Source: Thermoplasmata archaeon
GTDB lineage: Archaea > Thermoplasmatota > Thermoplasmata > Lutacidiplasmatales > UBA184
DNA length: 64,000 nucleotides
Direction: 5' to 3'
Assembly (NCBI GenBank): GCA_035625165.1
Contig: DASPQC010000009.1
Coordinates: forward strand, 9,791 to 73,790
The position numbers and the translations under genes were made by a program. The notes under the pieces are model-generated. The model worked only from the letters and a program-made list of their open reading frames with translations, searched no databases and was not told the DNA's origin. This document shows, piece after piece, positions 1 to 8,857 of this stretch (position 1 is the stretch's first letter; each line of letters begins with the position of its first letter).

Positions 1-312
1 GAGATGCGACGCGTCCTCCGTCCCGGCGGGACACTCCTCACCCTCGAGGTCACGGAGCCCGACTCGCCGACCTTCGCCCGGTTCTTCCATGCCTACTTCG
101 ACCGCGTCGTTCCGTCGCTCGGGGCGCTGGTCGCCAGCGCGGGGCCGTACCGGTACCTCCCGGAGTCGCTGAAGAGCCTCCCCGGCCGATCGGCGCTCGT
201 GGACGTCTTCCGGCGGGCCGGGTTCCCGCGGACCGTCGCCTGTCCGCAGTCGCTCGGCATCGTGACGACGTTTCTCGCGGAGGCCGGAGCCGGGCGGGAC
301 CAAAGCCGTTAA
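1..312 (+). CDS. C-terminal fragment (5' end outside window) of a class I SAM-dependent methyltransferase, UbiE/MenG-like
   Basis: The reading frame is open from base 1. 'RVLRPGGTLLTLE' and the C-terminal 'YRYLPESLKSLP...GFPR' resemble UbiE/MenG quinone methyltransferases. UbiD and UbiA genes also occur in the window. Confidence 0.6.
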   Translation, partial: EMRRVLRPGGTLLTLEVTEPDSPTFARFFHAYFDRVVPSLGALVASAGPYRYLPESLKSLPGRSALVDVFRRAGFPRTVACPQSLGIVTTFLAEAGAGRDQSR

Positions 313-336
313 GGAGACGCCGGGCCGTTCGGCCGC

Positions 337-1458
337 GTGCCCGATAGTTCCTTCGACGCGTTCAAGTACGCGCACGCGCGGTGGAGCGAGGTCGCCTGGC
401 TCTCGCAGAACACGAATCATCTCGTGCCACCCGAGGTCGTGCGGGGCGCGCTCGAGGAGGCAATCCGGGCGCGGAGGTACCAGGGGTACCCGGTCATGAC
501 CGGAGACCCCGAGCTCCTCGAGCTCGTGCGGACGGATTTCGGCCTCTCCGGCGCCGTGCCGATGGTCACGGGGGGCGGGACCGAGTCGCTCTACATGATC
601 ACGCGAGCGCTCCTCGCGGCCGGCGACGAGGTCGTCGCGACGGACCCGAGCTACCTCATCATCCACAAGTTCATCGAGCTCGCCGGCGCGCGGACGGTGA
701 ACCTCGACATCTACCGACCGCCGTTCCGCCTCACGGCCGACCAGGTCCAGGCGGCGATCGGGCCGAAGACGAAGATGATCCTCCTCATCGACCCCCTGAA
801 CCCCCTCGGCTCGGGATACCCCCGAGAGGAGGTCCGCGCGATCGCGGAGATCGCCCACGACCACCACCTCTACCTCTTGAACGACGTGACCTACCGGGAC
901 TTCTCCGACGGTCACGCGCTCGCGGCCGAGTTCGCCCCCGAGCAGACCGTGACGGTCTGGTCGGTCTCCAAGAACTGCGGTCTCGCCGGCCTCCGGCTGG
1001 GAGGGTTCCTCGCCCTCCCCGACCTCGCGAAGGCGATCGGACGGTACAACACGAACGACCTCGGGGTGAACGTTCTCGCGCAGGTGGCGGCCGCCGCCGC
1101 CTTGCGCACGAAGCGGTCGTGGATTCCGGAGGTCGTCCGGCAGACCCGCGCGAACGGCGCCCGCATCCGCGAGGTGGTCGGAGGGGTTGAGGGAACCTCG
1201 CTGCCGGTCTATCCGTCGCGCGCGAACATGATGGTGATCGACCTGGGGACGACCGGCGTTTCGCCCGACCGGCTGCAAGAGGAGCTCCTCCGCCGGTACG
1301 ATGTCTTCCTCCGCGCGGGGAACTACCTATCTCCGACCCACGGTCAGCGGTTCATCCGGATCTCGTTCTCGAACCCCCCGTCCGACATCGAACGGTTCGC
1401 CCGCGCCTTCCCGACCGCGGTGGCCACGCTGAGGGCGACCGCTCCGGCGGCCCGCTAG
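337..1458 (+). CDS. PLP-dependent aminotransferase, class I/II
   Basis: 373-aa ORF with a GTG start. Fold-type I blocks 'LIDPLNPLG', the PLP-lysine context 'VWSVSKNCGLAGLRLGG' and C-terminal 'RISFSN' are present. Confidence 0.8.
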   Translation: MPDSSFDAFKYAHARWSEVAWLSQNTNHLVPPEVVRGALEEAIRARRYQGYPVMTGDPELLELVRTDFGLSGAVPMVTGGGTESLYMITRALLAAGDEVVATDPSYLIIHKFIELAGARTVNLDIYRPPFRLTADQVQAAIGPKTKMILLIDPLNPLGSGYPREEVRAIAEIAHDHHLYLLNDVTYRDFSDGHALAAEFAPEQTVTVWSVSKNCGLAGLRLGGFLALPDLAKAIGRYNTNDLGVNVLAQVAAAAALRTKRSWIPEVVRQTRANGARIREVVGGVEGTSLPVYPSRANMMVIDLGTTGVSPDRLQEELLRRYDVFLRAGNYLSPTHGQRFIRISFSNPPSDIERFARAFPTAVATLRATAPAAR

Positions 1459-2330
1459 GCGGGGGAACGGGCCACCCGCACGTCGACCACCACGTGGGTC
1501 CGTCCCGGCCCGTACGGCTTGACCTCCCGGGCGGCGGCCGGCTCGAGGGAGCGGGCGCCCGCCCTCGTCACCGCCTGCTCGACGGCCCGCGCGGCATCCT
1601 TTCGGGCGGACCGCGCATCGGCGGTCGTGTGCACGTGAAGCCAGCCTCCCTCCGCCCGCACGAGCCCGACTGCCCGCTCGACCCAGGGGATTGCGCTCGG
1701 AAGGAACCCGAGAACCACTCGGTCCGCGACCCCTGTGGGGAGCGGCACCTCCCGATTGTCCCCGAGAATCGCCTCCACGCGGTCCGCGACACCATTGAGC
1801 CGGAGGTTCTCCGTTAGGTAGCCGAAGGCGACCGGATTCTTCTCGACGGCCCGGACTCGCGTGCTCGGTCCGGAGCGGGCGGCCGGAATCGCGAAGTAAC
1901 CGATCCCCGCAAACAGGTCGACCATGGTCTCCCCGGGCCGAACGAGGACGCCGATGCGCCGGCGCTCGGTGCGGTTCCCAGCGGCAAACATGAGCCGGGC
2001 CGCGTCGAACCGCCATCGGACCCCGTGCTCGACCACCTCGGTCTCGGTCGGTCCGCCGGCGATCACCTCGACTTGGGGGGACCGGTACTCTCCCGCGATG
2101 GGCCCCGTACGTACGAGTACGGTCACCACTCCGAGCTCCTCCTGCCAGGCGCTCCCGATCACGGGGAACTGCGGCCGCAGCTCCTCGGAGAGCCGGAGGA
2201 GGAGCACCCGGCCCATCCGTTGGTAGCCCGCCGGCAAACGGGCCGCCACATCCTCGCCGGCGACCGCCCGGAGGCGCGAGCGGACCCGTTCGGCCGGAGG
2301 AAGTCGGCGCGGCCCTCCCGCCGGGACCAC
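1455..2330 (-). CDS. tRNA methyltransferase of the Trm5/Taw2 (Met-10+) family
   Basis: SAM-binding motif 'ETMVDLFAGIGYFAIPAA' and the block 'RWRFDAARLMFAAGN' fit this family. The stop codon shares a CTAG with the convergent aminotransferase stop. Confidence 0.75.
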   Translation of the reverse strand: MVPAGGPRRLPPAERVRSRLRAVAGEDVAARLPAGYQRMGRVLLLRLSEELRPQFPVIGSAWQEELGVVTVLVRTGPIAGEYRSPQVEVIAGGPTETEVVEHGVRWRFDAARLMFAAGNRTERRRIGVLVRPGETMVDLFAGIGYFAIPAARSGPSTRVRAVEKNPVAFGYLTENLRLNGVADRVEAILGDNREVPLPTGVADRVVLGFLPSAIPWVERAVGLVRAEGGWLHVHTTADARSARKDAARAVEQAVTRAGARSLEPAAAREVKPYGPGRTHVVVDVRVARSPA

Positions 2331-2349
2331 CGTCGGGCCTCCGGACCGG

Positions 2350-3105
2350 TTAGGAACGGGAACCCGGCGGCCCCTTCTCGAGGATCACCTCGAGGAACTG
2401 CTTGAGGTGGGCCGTGAGGATCGGGTTGTCGGTGAACCCACAGGCGTCGAGGCCCGGCGCCGCGAGCAGCGCGTGAGCGCCGTCCGCGAGCGCCTCCGTC
2501 GCGATGAGGTTCTCCCGCGGCACGTAGGCGACCCCTTCCGGGACCCTCTGGAGCGGAGCGGTGACGAAGGTGACCATCACCCCGCGCTTCACCGCGTGCT
2601 GGATCTTCTTGCCGAGCTCGTCCCTCAGTTCCGCGACCTGGGGGGTGGTCAGGATGAAGGACTGGGTCGACTGGTCGAGCAGGTCCCCGATCTTCTGGAC
2701 GACCTTCTCCCGGCCCGACAGCAGGTAGACGAGCTGCGGTTCGCCGTGCTCGGCGACCACCCGGTGGAGCTGGCCCAGCTGCTCGAACACCTCCTGGATC
2801 GCCCCCTTGAGCGTCTCCGCGACGTCGAGCGGTGGTGTGGGCCGGAAGAGGAGCGGTTTCCCTCCGGTCGGCTGGGCGTAGCCCTTCTCGGCGAGCGACT
2901 CGAGGACCTTGTAGGCGCTTGTCCGTGGAATGCCGGCGGTGGCGGCGAGGGTCGCGGCGTCGCCGACCCCCCGGCCGACCAGGGCGATGTACGCCCGGGC
3001 CTCGTAGTTCGTGAGCCCCACCTTGCCCAAGACCTCCGCCGCCCGGCGGAATTCGTCCGAGGCTTGGTTGCCGAGTGCGATCGCGGTCTCCTCGATCGTT
3101 GCCAT
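2350..3105 (-). CDS. TrmB-family transcriptional regulator
   Basis: N-terminal wHTH 'GLTNYEARAYIALVGRGVGDAATLAATAGIPRTSAYKVLESLAEKGY' is followed by a C-terminal effector-like domain. Confidence 0.75.
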   Translation of the reverse strand: MATIEETAIALGNQASDEFRRAAEVLGKVGLTNYEARAYIALVGRGVGDAATLAATAGIPRTSAYKVLESLAEKGYAQPTGGKPLLFRPTPPLDVAETLKGAIQEVFEQLGQLHRVVAEHGEPQLVYLLSGREKVVQKIGDLLDQSTQSFILTTPQVAELRDELGKKIQHAVKRGVMVTFVTAPLQRVPEGVAYVPRENLIATEALADGAHALLAAPGLDACGFTDNPILTAHLKQFLEVILEKGPPGSRS

Positions 3106-3176
3106 GCGTGAGTGGAGGTCGGACTCCGCCTCCCCGCTTTAAGCCTAGGCTTATGGGGCGGTGCCGCGCCCAGGGC

Positions 3177-4577
3177 TTACGGAACGGGCTCGGTCAGCTT
3201 GAGGAGGGCTGCTTCCCCGAGCAGCGTCTCGACCTCCTCGCGGGTCAACAGGCCCCGCTCGACCAGGAGTTCCTTCAGGGGCCGGTGGGTCCGCTCCACC
3301 TCGTGGAGGAGCTCGGCGACCTTGAGGTATCCGAGCTTCGGGGTGAGCACGGTGCCGATCGCGGCCGACTCCACGAGGAACCGCTCCATCCGGGGCGCGT
3401 TCGCGGTGATGCCGTCCACGCACGACTTCGCGAAGACCGGCAGGTAGTTCGTCAGGATCTGCGCCGCGAACAGGACCTCGTAGGCGGCGAGCGGCATCAT
3501 CACGTTGATCTCGAGCTGGCCGGCCTGTACCGAGTAGGCGGTCGCCGCATCCGCCCCGAGCACGTGGAAGGCGACCATGTCGAGGCACTCCGCCGCCGAG
3601 GGGTTCACCTTCGCCGGCATGATGGAGGAGCCGGGCTGGATCTCGGGGAGGCGGATCTCGTCGAAGCCGGTGGCGGGCCCGCTCGAGAGGAGGCGAAGGT
3701 CGTTCGCGACGCGGACGAGCTCGAGCGCGAGGGTACGCATCCAGCCCGAAGCGGCCCCCAGCGGCCAACGGCTCTGCATCGTCTCGAACGGGTCGCGGGC
3801 CGGCGTGAGCGACAGCTTGGTGAGGCGCGCGAGCTCCTCGACGGCGCGGATGCGGAACCCCTTCACCGAGTTGACGCCGCTCCCGACCGCGCTCCCTCCG
3901 AGCGGGAGCTCCGCCAGCGCACGCTCGACGGCCGGCAGCCCCTCGAGGATGTGCTCGAGGCTGGACGCGTAGGCCTGGAACTCCGCCCCGAGGGTCACCG
4001 GCATCGCGTCCTTGAGGTGCGTCCGCCCGGCCTTCGGTACGCGCCGGAACTCCTCTCCCTTCTTGCGGAGGCTCGCCGCCAGGACCCCCACCGACCCCTT
4101 GAGCTCCCCCAGCGCGAACAACGCCGCCACCTGGGCGGCCGCCGGGTAGGTGTCGTTGGTCGACTGTCCGCGGTTCACGTGGTCGTTGGGACTGAGCGTC
4201 TTGTAGTCCCCGCGCGGCTTCCCCATGATCTCGAGCGCGCGATTCGTGAGCACTTCGTTCACGTTCATGTGGAAGGAAGTGCCGGCACCCGCCTGGAAGA
4301 CGTCCACGATGAACTCGTCCGGGAACTTCCCCGCGGCCATCTCTTCGGCCGCCTGGCTGAGCGCCTTCCCTCGCTCGGCGTCTAGGCCTCCGAGCGCGAC
4401 ATTCGCGCGGATGCAGGCGAGTTTGAGCAGTGCGTAGGCGCGGACCAGGTGGGGGGACGACCGAAGGCCGCTGATGGGGAAGTTCTCGCGGGCGCGAAGC
4501 GACTGGATCCCCCAGTAGGCCGAGTCGGGTACCTCGCGAGGGCCGAGTGAATCCTGTTCAACACGCGGAGGCGTCAT
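3177..4577 (-). CDS. aspA: Aspartate ammonia-lyase / class II fumarase family enzyme (aspartase-like)
   Basis: Lyase-1 signature 'GSSIMPAKVNP' is present. The N-terminus 'EQDSLGPREVPDSAYWGIQSLRARENF' looks more AspA- than FumC-like by recall. I placed the start at ATG 4577 (the track ORF uses TTG 4604) because an A/T-rich box lies about 30 nt upstream. Confidence 0.8.
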   Translation of the reverse strand: MTPPRVEQDSLGPREVPDSAYWGIQSLRARENFPISGLRSSPHLVRAYALLKLACIRANVALGGLDAERGKALSQAAEEMAAGKFPDEFIVDVFQAGAGTSFHMNVNEVLTNRALEIMGKPRGDYKTLSPNDHVNRGQSTNDTYPAAAQVAALFALGELKGSVGVLAASLRKKGEEFRRVPKAGRTHLKDAMPVTLGAEFQAYASSLEHILEGLPAVERALAELPLGGSAVGSGVNSVKGFRIRAVEELARLTKLSLTPARDPFETMQSRWPLGAASGWMRTLALELVRVANDLRLLSSGPATGFDEIRLPEIQPGSSIMPAKVNPSAAECLDMVAFHVLGADAATAYSVQAGQLEINVMMPLAAYEVLFAAQILTNYLPVFAKSCVDGITANAPRMERFLVESAAIGTVLTPKLGYLKVAELLHEVERTHRPLKELLVERGLLTREEVETLLGEAALLKLTEPVP

Positions 4578-4659
4578 CGCCCCCGGAGGCGCCCTTACCG
4601 ACAAAACGTTTGGGCGCGCGGAGCCGGCGAGTCGCCCTCGAAAAACCTTAAGAAAAACG

Positions 4660-6717
4660 GTGGGCCGTCAGAATCTTCCGCCCGCGGCGGTCGGGCCGAG
4701 AAGGCCGGGCTCGTGCGGAGGATTGCCCCAGGGTCCGCGGGGGCGGCCGTCCTTCGCAGGACCCCTGCCTTCATGGGTCGGAGCGGGCCCGATTCACGCC
4801 AACAAAGCGTATAGCGAACCCACGGGCTCGGCCCCGGACGCCGTAGGAGACGGCCCCCTCGTGGTCGACCCGTTCCAGCTCACGATCGACATCGCGGGCA
4901 ACGCCGCCGCGCTCACTCTGCCGGCCCTCCTCTGGGCGGTCCTGTTCCTGCTCGCGTGGGAGAAGGGTCCTTTCGCGGAGAGTCTGGGCCTGGGCCGCAA
5001 AGCGTTCTGGCTCCTCCTCCCCGGGGGCCTCCTCGCCACGTTCGCGATCCTCCCGTTCGCTCCGGTCGCGGGAGACTGGCTCGCGGTGAGCTTCGCGGGC
5101 GCTCTGTTTCCCCTCCTGGTCGGTCTCCTGGCCGTCGGGCGGTACGCCCCCCCGCGCGGTCGCTCCGTCGCCGCCTACCTCGTCTTCCTGCTGCTGGAAA
5201 GCGCCGTCCTGTTTCAGTTCGTGCTGCCGACCGGGTCGTCGTTCGTCGCGCGGGTCGCGGCCACGACTTCCCTCTCGGTTCCGGGAGCCACCACCCTCCT
5301 CGTCCTCCTCGGAGGGTCCACGTTCACCGTCGTGCTCGTGGCCCTCGCGGCTCGGTCGGGCAACCCCTCGTTCCGCGCCGTGGCGCTCCTCGGGGGGCTC
5401 AGCTCGGGAGCGCTGGTCGCCACGTTCGCCGGGACGGCCGCGATCCCGGGCGTGGGAATCACCGAGTGGTTCCCGTACTACCTCCTTCCACCGGTGGCCG
5501 CCGGGCTCATCGCGGTCGCGGTCGCGCCGTGGGTCTTCCCCGGACGGGAGGGTTTCGCGCTGCCGACCGCCTTCCTCGCCACGACCTTCGGGGTGCTCCT
5601 CGGCGCGGACCTCCTCCGTCAACCCCCCCTCTACACGGGGAGCGGGGGCGCGCTCTACACGATCGGAGGCGCGGGGCTCGCCGACCTGGTCTACCTCTCC
5701 GGCCTGCTCGCCCTCGCGGCCGCGTACGCCGGCCACCTGATGGCCGGACGCCCGACCCGCTCGCTCGACCCGGCCGCCCGCGAGGAGACGCCGACCCCGA
5801 TCGGTCGGCTCGCTCGCGGGTTCCGTGCCGGGGTCCGGGGCCAGCTCGCCGATTCGGTCGCGGACTCCGCGCGTTCCGCCCGCGAGGCCGCCGCGCAGGC
5901 CCAGCGGCTGGTCGGCACCGGGTCCCCGCGCGACGACCGACCGTGGGACGGTCTTCCGGTGCCCGGGTGGGTCGTGAGCGACCAAGCGAATCTGGACGCC
6001 GTCGCCCGTTCGGGTACCACCGACCCCCGCGAGGGGTTCCGGGCGTGGCTCGCCGCCCGCTTCCTGGTGGTCCTCGGTCGCGAGCTTGGATTCCGTCGCT
6101 TCGCGACCCTTCGCCGCCGCGTCGCCGCGTTCGCGATCGACCTCGCTCTCCTCGCCGCGGTCGCGGCGGTCCCGTTCATCCTCCTCGCCCTCACGGTCCC
6201 CGGTGACCTGGCGGCCCTGCTCGGCAACCTTGGGTACAACACCGCGATCTACGCGGTGATCAGCGGCTCGTTCCTCTACTTCGTGGTCGCCGAGTCGGTC
6301 TACGGCACGACTCTCGGCAAGTGGCTCCTCGACCTCTGGGTGCGGGACCGCAGCCTCGAGCGGCCCGGCGGCCTCGCGTCGATGCTGCGGAACGTCTCCA
6401 ACCTCCCCGTCCTCACCGTGATGGCGCTCGGGCTCGCGATCGGGATCGCCTTCGGGTCGAAGGTCAGCGCCTCCGGCGGCGTGACACTGGAAGGGGTCGT
6501 CTGGCCGGCCGGCCTCCTTTCGGTCCTCGGAGTGGTGGCCTTCGTGGTCGGCGGGATCGCGCTCCTGGGAGCGATCGGCGCGCTCGGGATCGCGCTCTCG
6601 CCCGAGCGTCAGCGCATCGGGGATCTCTGGGCCGGGACGTGGGTCATCCGGGCGGCGGGTGGGCCGCCATCGGCGCCGGCGGCGCCGACGGTGCCGGAGG
6701 GGGCCCGATTCGGGTGA
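4660..6717 (+). CDS. Polytopic membrane protein: N-terminal multi-TM region (possibly DUF1614-like) fused to a C-terminal RDD-family domain
   Basis: There are more than 10 hydrophobic helices, a soluble Arg/Ala-rich linker, and then RDD-type blocks 'RRVAAFAIDLALL' and 'YGTTLGKWLLDLWVRD'. The true start may be GTG 4861, because the TTAAGAAA box at 4643-4650 is too close to 4660. Confidence 0.6.
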   Translation: MGRQNLPPAAVGPRRPGSCGGLPQGPRGRPSFAGPLPSWVGAGPIHANKAYSEPTGSAPDAVGDGPLVVDPFQLTIDIAGNAAALTLPALLWAVLFLLAWEKGPFAESLGLGRKAFWLLLPGGLLATFAILPFAPVAGDWLAVSFAGALFPLLVGLLAVGRYAPPRGRSVAAYLVFLLLESAVLFQFVLPTGSSFVARVAATTSLSVPGATTLLVLLGGSTFTVVLVALAARSGNPSFRAVALLGGLSSGALVATFAGTAAIPGVGITEWFPYYLLPPVAAGLIAVAVAPWVFPGREGFALPTAFLATTFGVLLGADLLRQPPLYTGSGGALYTIGGAGLADLVYLSGLLALAAAYAGHLMAGRPTRSLDPAAREETPTPIGRLARGFRAGVRGQLADSVADSARSAREAAAQAQRLVGTGSPRDDRPWDGLPVPGWVVSDQANLDAVARSGTTDPREGFRAWLAARFLVVLGRELGFRRFATLRRRVAAFAIDLALLAAVAAVPFILLALTVPGDLAALLGNLGYNTAIYAVISGSFLYFVVAESVYGTTLGKWLLDLWVRDRSLERPGGLASMLRNVSNLPVLTVMALGLAIGIAFGSKVSASGGVTLEGVVWPAGLLSVLGVVAFVVGGIALLGAIGALGIALSPERQRIGDLWAGTWVIRAAGGPPSAPAAPTVPEGARFG

Positions 6718-6994
6718 GCGGGATCGCGATGGACGAGACGTTCGCGTCCCGGCCGTCGCGGTTCACGAGCCGCTCGGTGCTGATCGTGATCGCGCCGAGC
6801 TCGACGTGACCCTCGAGGAACCTCCGCCGGACGACCTCGACCACGTCTACCGCCTTGCCGATGGCGTTCCCGCGCGCCTTCACGACCACGGGGCCTGCCC
6901 CCGAGTTGAGTTGGGAGACGACCTGGAAGACGTAGGTCATGGTCGGCTTCTGGCCGATGTAGACCGTCGCTCCGGGGGGCCCGGCGTCGTTCAT
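6644..6994 (-). CDS. albA: Chromatin protein Alba (Sac10b family)
   Basis: 'VYIGQKPTMTYVFQVVSQL' and 'VVVKARGNAIGKAVDVVEVVRRRF' match the family. The Pro/Ala-rich C-terminal tail runs 74 nt antisense into the preceding gene. Confidence 0.85.
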   Translation of the reverse strand: MNDAGPPGATVYIGQKPTMTYVFQVVSQLNSGAGPVVVKARGNAIGKAVDVVEVVRRRFLEGHVELGAITISTERLVNRDGRDANVSSIAIPLTRIGPPPAPSAPPAPMAAHPPPG

Positions 6995-7115
6995 GCGCCG
7001 CGGGCCAGCCCGCCCCCATAGAAGGCTTTTTTCGGACGGGCCGACGTTACGCTGGGCGGACGGGTTCGTGTTCGCAAAGGTTATCGGCGGGGCCCCGTAC
7101 GCGCGGCGGAGTCGT

Positions 7116-7200
7116 GCAGGGGTGGCCCAGCTTGGTCAAAGGCGCCAGGTTGAGGTCCTGGTCTCGTAGGAGTTCGTGAGTTCAAATCTCACCCCCTGCA
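7116..7200 (+). tRNA. tRNA-Leu (anticodon GAG)
   Basis: Hand-folded cloverleaf: acceptor GCAGGGG/CCCCTGC, anticodon stem CCAGG/CCTGG with loop TTGAGGT, long variable arm, T-loop TTCAAAT and discriminator A. CCA is not encoded. Confidence 0.9.
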
Positions 7201-7219
7201 TACCCCCTAGCGAGGCGCG

Positions 7220-8263
7220 ATGGAAGGCAGCCACTCTCTCTGCCCGAACTGCGGGGCGACGCTCGCGCCGGACGTGCGGGTCTGTCCCGCGTGCCAGTTC
7301 TCCCTCGAGCCGACGGCCCTTCCCCGGATCGATGAATCGGTCGACCCGCCCGACGAGCCGTCACCCGCTCCCGCGGTCGAGGAGGAGCGACCCAAGCCCG
7401 CGCCCGTTCCCCGGGGGACCGCCCCCCGCGCACCGGTGCGGAAGAGCGCGCCCCCCGTCCCGAACCCGTTCGAGGCCGAGCTCTCCCGGCGGCTCGCTCG
7501 CCTGAACCAGTGGGCCGAGGGAGCGCGCGCCCTCGGGACCGACCTGCCCCGCCTTCCCGCGTGGGCCGAGGAGGCGGCAAGGTCGGCTCCGAACCCGGAA
7601 CCTTGGGCCGAGGTGGTCCGCGGCATCGAGCGGATCGCCCAGCGGCGGATTGTCACCGCGTTCGAGGAATGGGACAAACGGACGAAGTCCCGGCTCACCC
7701 GCCTCGAGGCGTACGCTGTCGACAGCCGCCTGGAGCGCGACCAGATCGAGGACGCGTTGCATGCCGCGCGCACCGGCGACATCGCCCAGGCGCTCGCGAC
7801 CTACCACCAGGTCGACCGGGTCGTGACGCTCAAGGAACGGCACCTAGACCAGGCCCGCGAGGAGCTCGAGCGGGTCGTCGCTCTGTTGAAGGACATGGCG
7901 GTGCTCGGGGTCGAACCGCCGGTCGACCCGACCGAGGTCGCCGAAGACCTCGAAGCGGAGCTTCGCGCCGGCAAGCTCGCTTCGTTGAAGCAGCAGATTC
8001 GGGCGCTGAGGCTCCAAGCGGTGAACCGCCTCAAGTCCGGGCTGCCGCGGTACATCGCGCAGTACGGCGACTACCTCCTCGAGGAGCGGAAGCACGGGAC
8101 GGCGACCGAACTCGAGGCGATGCAGCTCGCCCGGGGGGCCCGCGAGTTCTTCCACGGCCGACCGGAGGAAGGGCTGCGCCGGCTGCGCGCGCTCCAGCAG
8201 ACCCACGGACTTCCGGCCGGTGGCCGCGGCCGGGCCGGCGCGTCCCGTGAGGACGGCGCTTAG
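7220..8263 (+). CDS. Hypothetical zinc-ribbon / coiled-coil protein
   Basis: N-terminal 'CPNCGATLAPDVRVCPACQ', a Pro-rich linker and a long helical C-terminal region. GC3-rich codons are consistent with coding. No family recognised. Confidence 0.6.
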   Translation: MEGSHSLCPNCGATLAPDVRVCPACQFSLEPTALPRIDESVDPPDEPSPAPAVEEERPKPAPVPRGTAPRAPVRKSAPPVPNPFEAELSRRLARLNQWAEGARALGTDLPRLPAWAEEAARSAPNPEPWAEVVRGIERIAQRRIVTAFEEWDKRTKSRLTRLEAYAVDSRLERDQIEDALHAARTGDIAQALATYHQVDRVVTLKERHLDQAREELERVVALLKDMAVLGVEPPVDPTEVAEDLEAELRAGKLASLKQQIRALRLQAVNRLKSGLPRYIAQYGDYLLEERKHGTATELEAMQLARGAREFFHGRPEEGLRRLRALQQTHGLPAGGRGRAGASREDGA

Positions 8264-8766
8264 AGGAGCCGCTCGAAGTATCGGACGTCCTCGCCCCAGA
8301 CGTGGCGGTGGAGCAGCCCCGCCTCGGCGAAGCCGAGACGCTTCATCAAGGCCGCTGCTTCCGAGAACCGCGCGAGGAGGTCGACCCACATCGAGGTCGC
8401 ATTCGACCGCTTCGCCCAGTCGACCGCGGTCGTGACGAGCGCGACGCCGATACCCTGACGCCGAGCCTCGGAGTCGACCGCGAGGTGGACCAGGCGGCAG
8501 CTGCCGCGCCGCAGTTCGGCCCCGACGATGCCGAGGAGGCGTCCATCCCGCCGGGCCGCGAAGTACGTGACGCCTTCCATCCAGCTCGTGAACTCGAGCG
8601 GCGTCGGGACCCACGACTTCGTGAACTCGGCCGGCAGTCCGGGGGGAGCCGGGTCCCAGACCCGCTTGTAGAGCGCACAGATCGCCGGCACGTCCTGGGT
8701 CGTGATCCGCTCGACCTGAACGGTCCCGGTGGTGGCGGCGCCACGGTCCGACCCTTGTGCCGTCAC
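8260..8766 (-). CDS. GNAT-family N-acetyltransferase
   Basis: Acetyl-CoA motif 'ARRQGIGVALVTTAVDWAK' in a 168-aa protein. Confidence 0.75.
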   Translation of the reverse strand: MTAQGSDRGAATTGTVQVERITTQDVPAICALYKRVWDPAPPGLPAEFTKSWVPTPLEFTSWMEGVTYFAARRDGRLLGIVGAELRRGSCRLVHLAVDSEARRQGIGVALVTTAVDWAKRSNATSMWVDLLARFSEAAALMKRLGFAEAGLLHRHVWGEDVRYFERLL

Positions 8767-8857
8767 TCCCGTGGGTCCCCCGGTTTCCGCAGGGACGGTA
8801 TGACGCGCGTCGCCTATTGAGCGTTCCCCTTCACGAACGGGCCGGAGCGTCCGCGGC

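Noticed and set aside
3075-4385. 436-aa plus-strand ORF
   Set aside because: It is antisense to the aspA-like gene, which carries the GSSIMPAKVNP signature. The translation is Arg/Gly/Glu/Leu/His-rich with no recognisable motif, a typical GC-driven shadow ORF.
7021-7040. T6 tract (ggcttttttcgg) as an intrinsic terminator
   Set aside because: No plus-strand gene ends nearby. On the minus strand it lies about 30-40 nt upstream of the Alba ATG, so it is more likely part of the Alba promoter region. The evidence is too weak to annotate.
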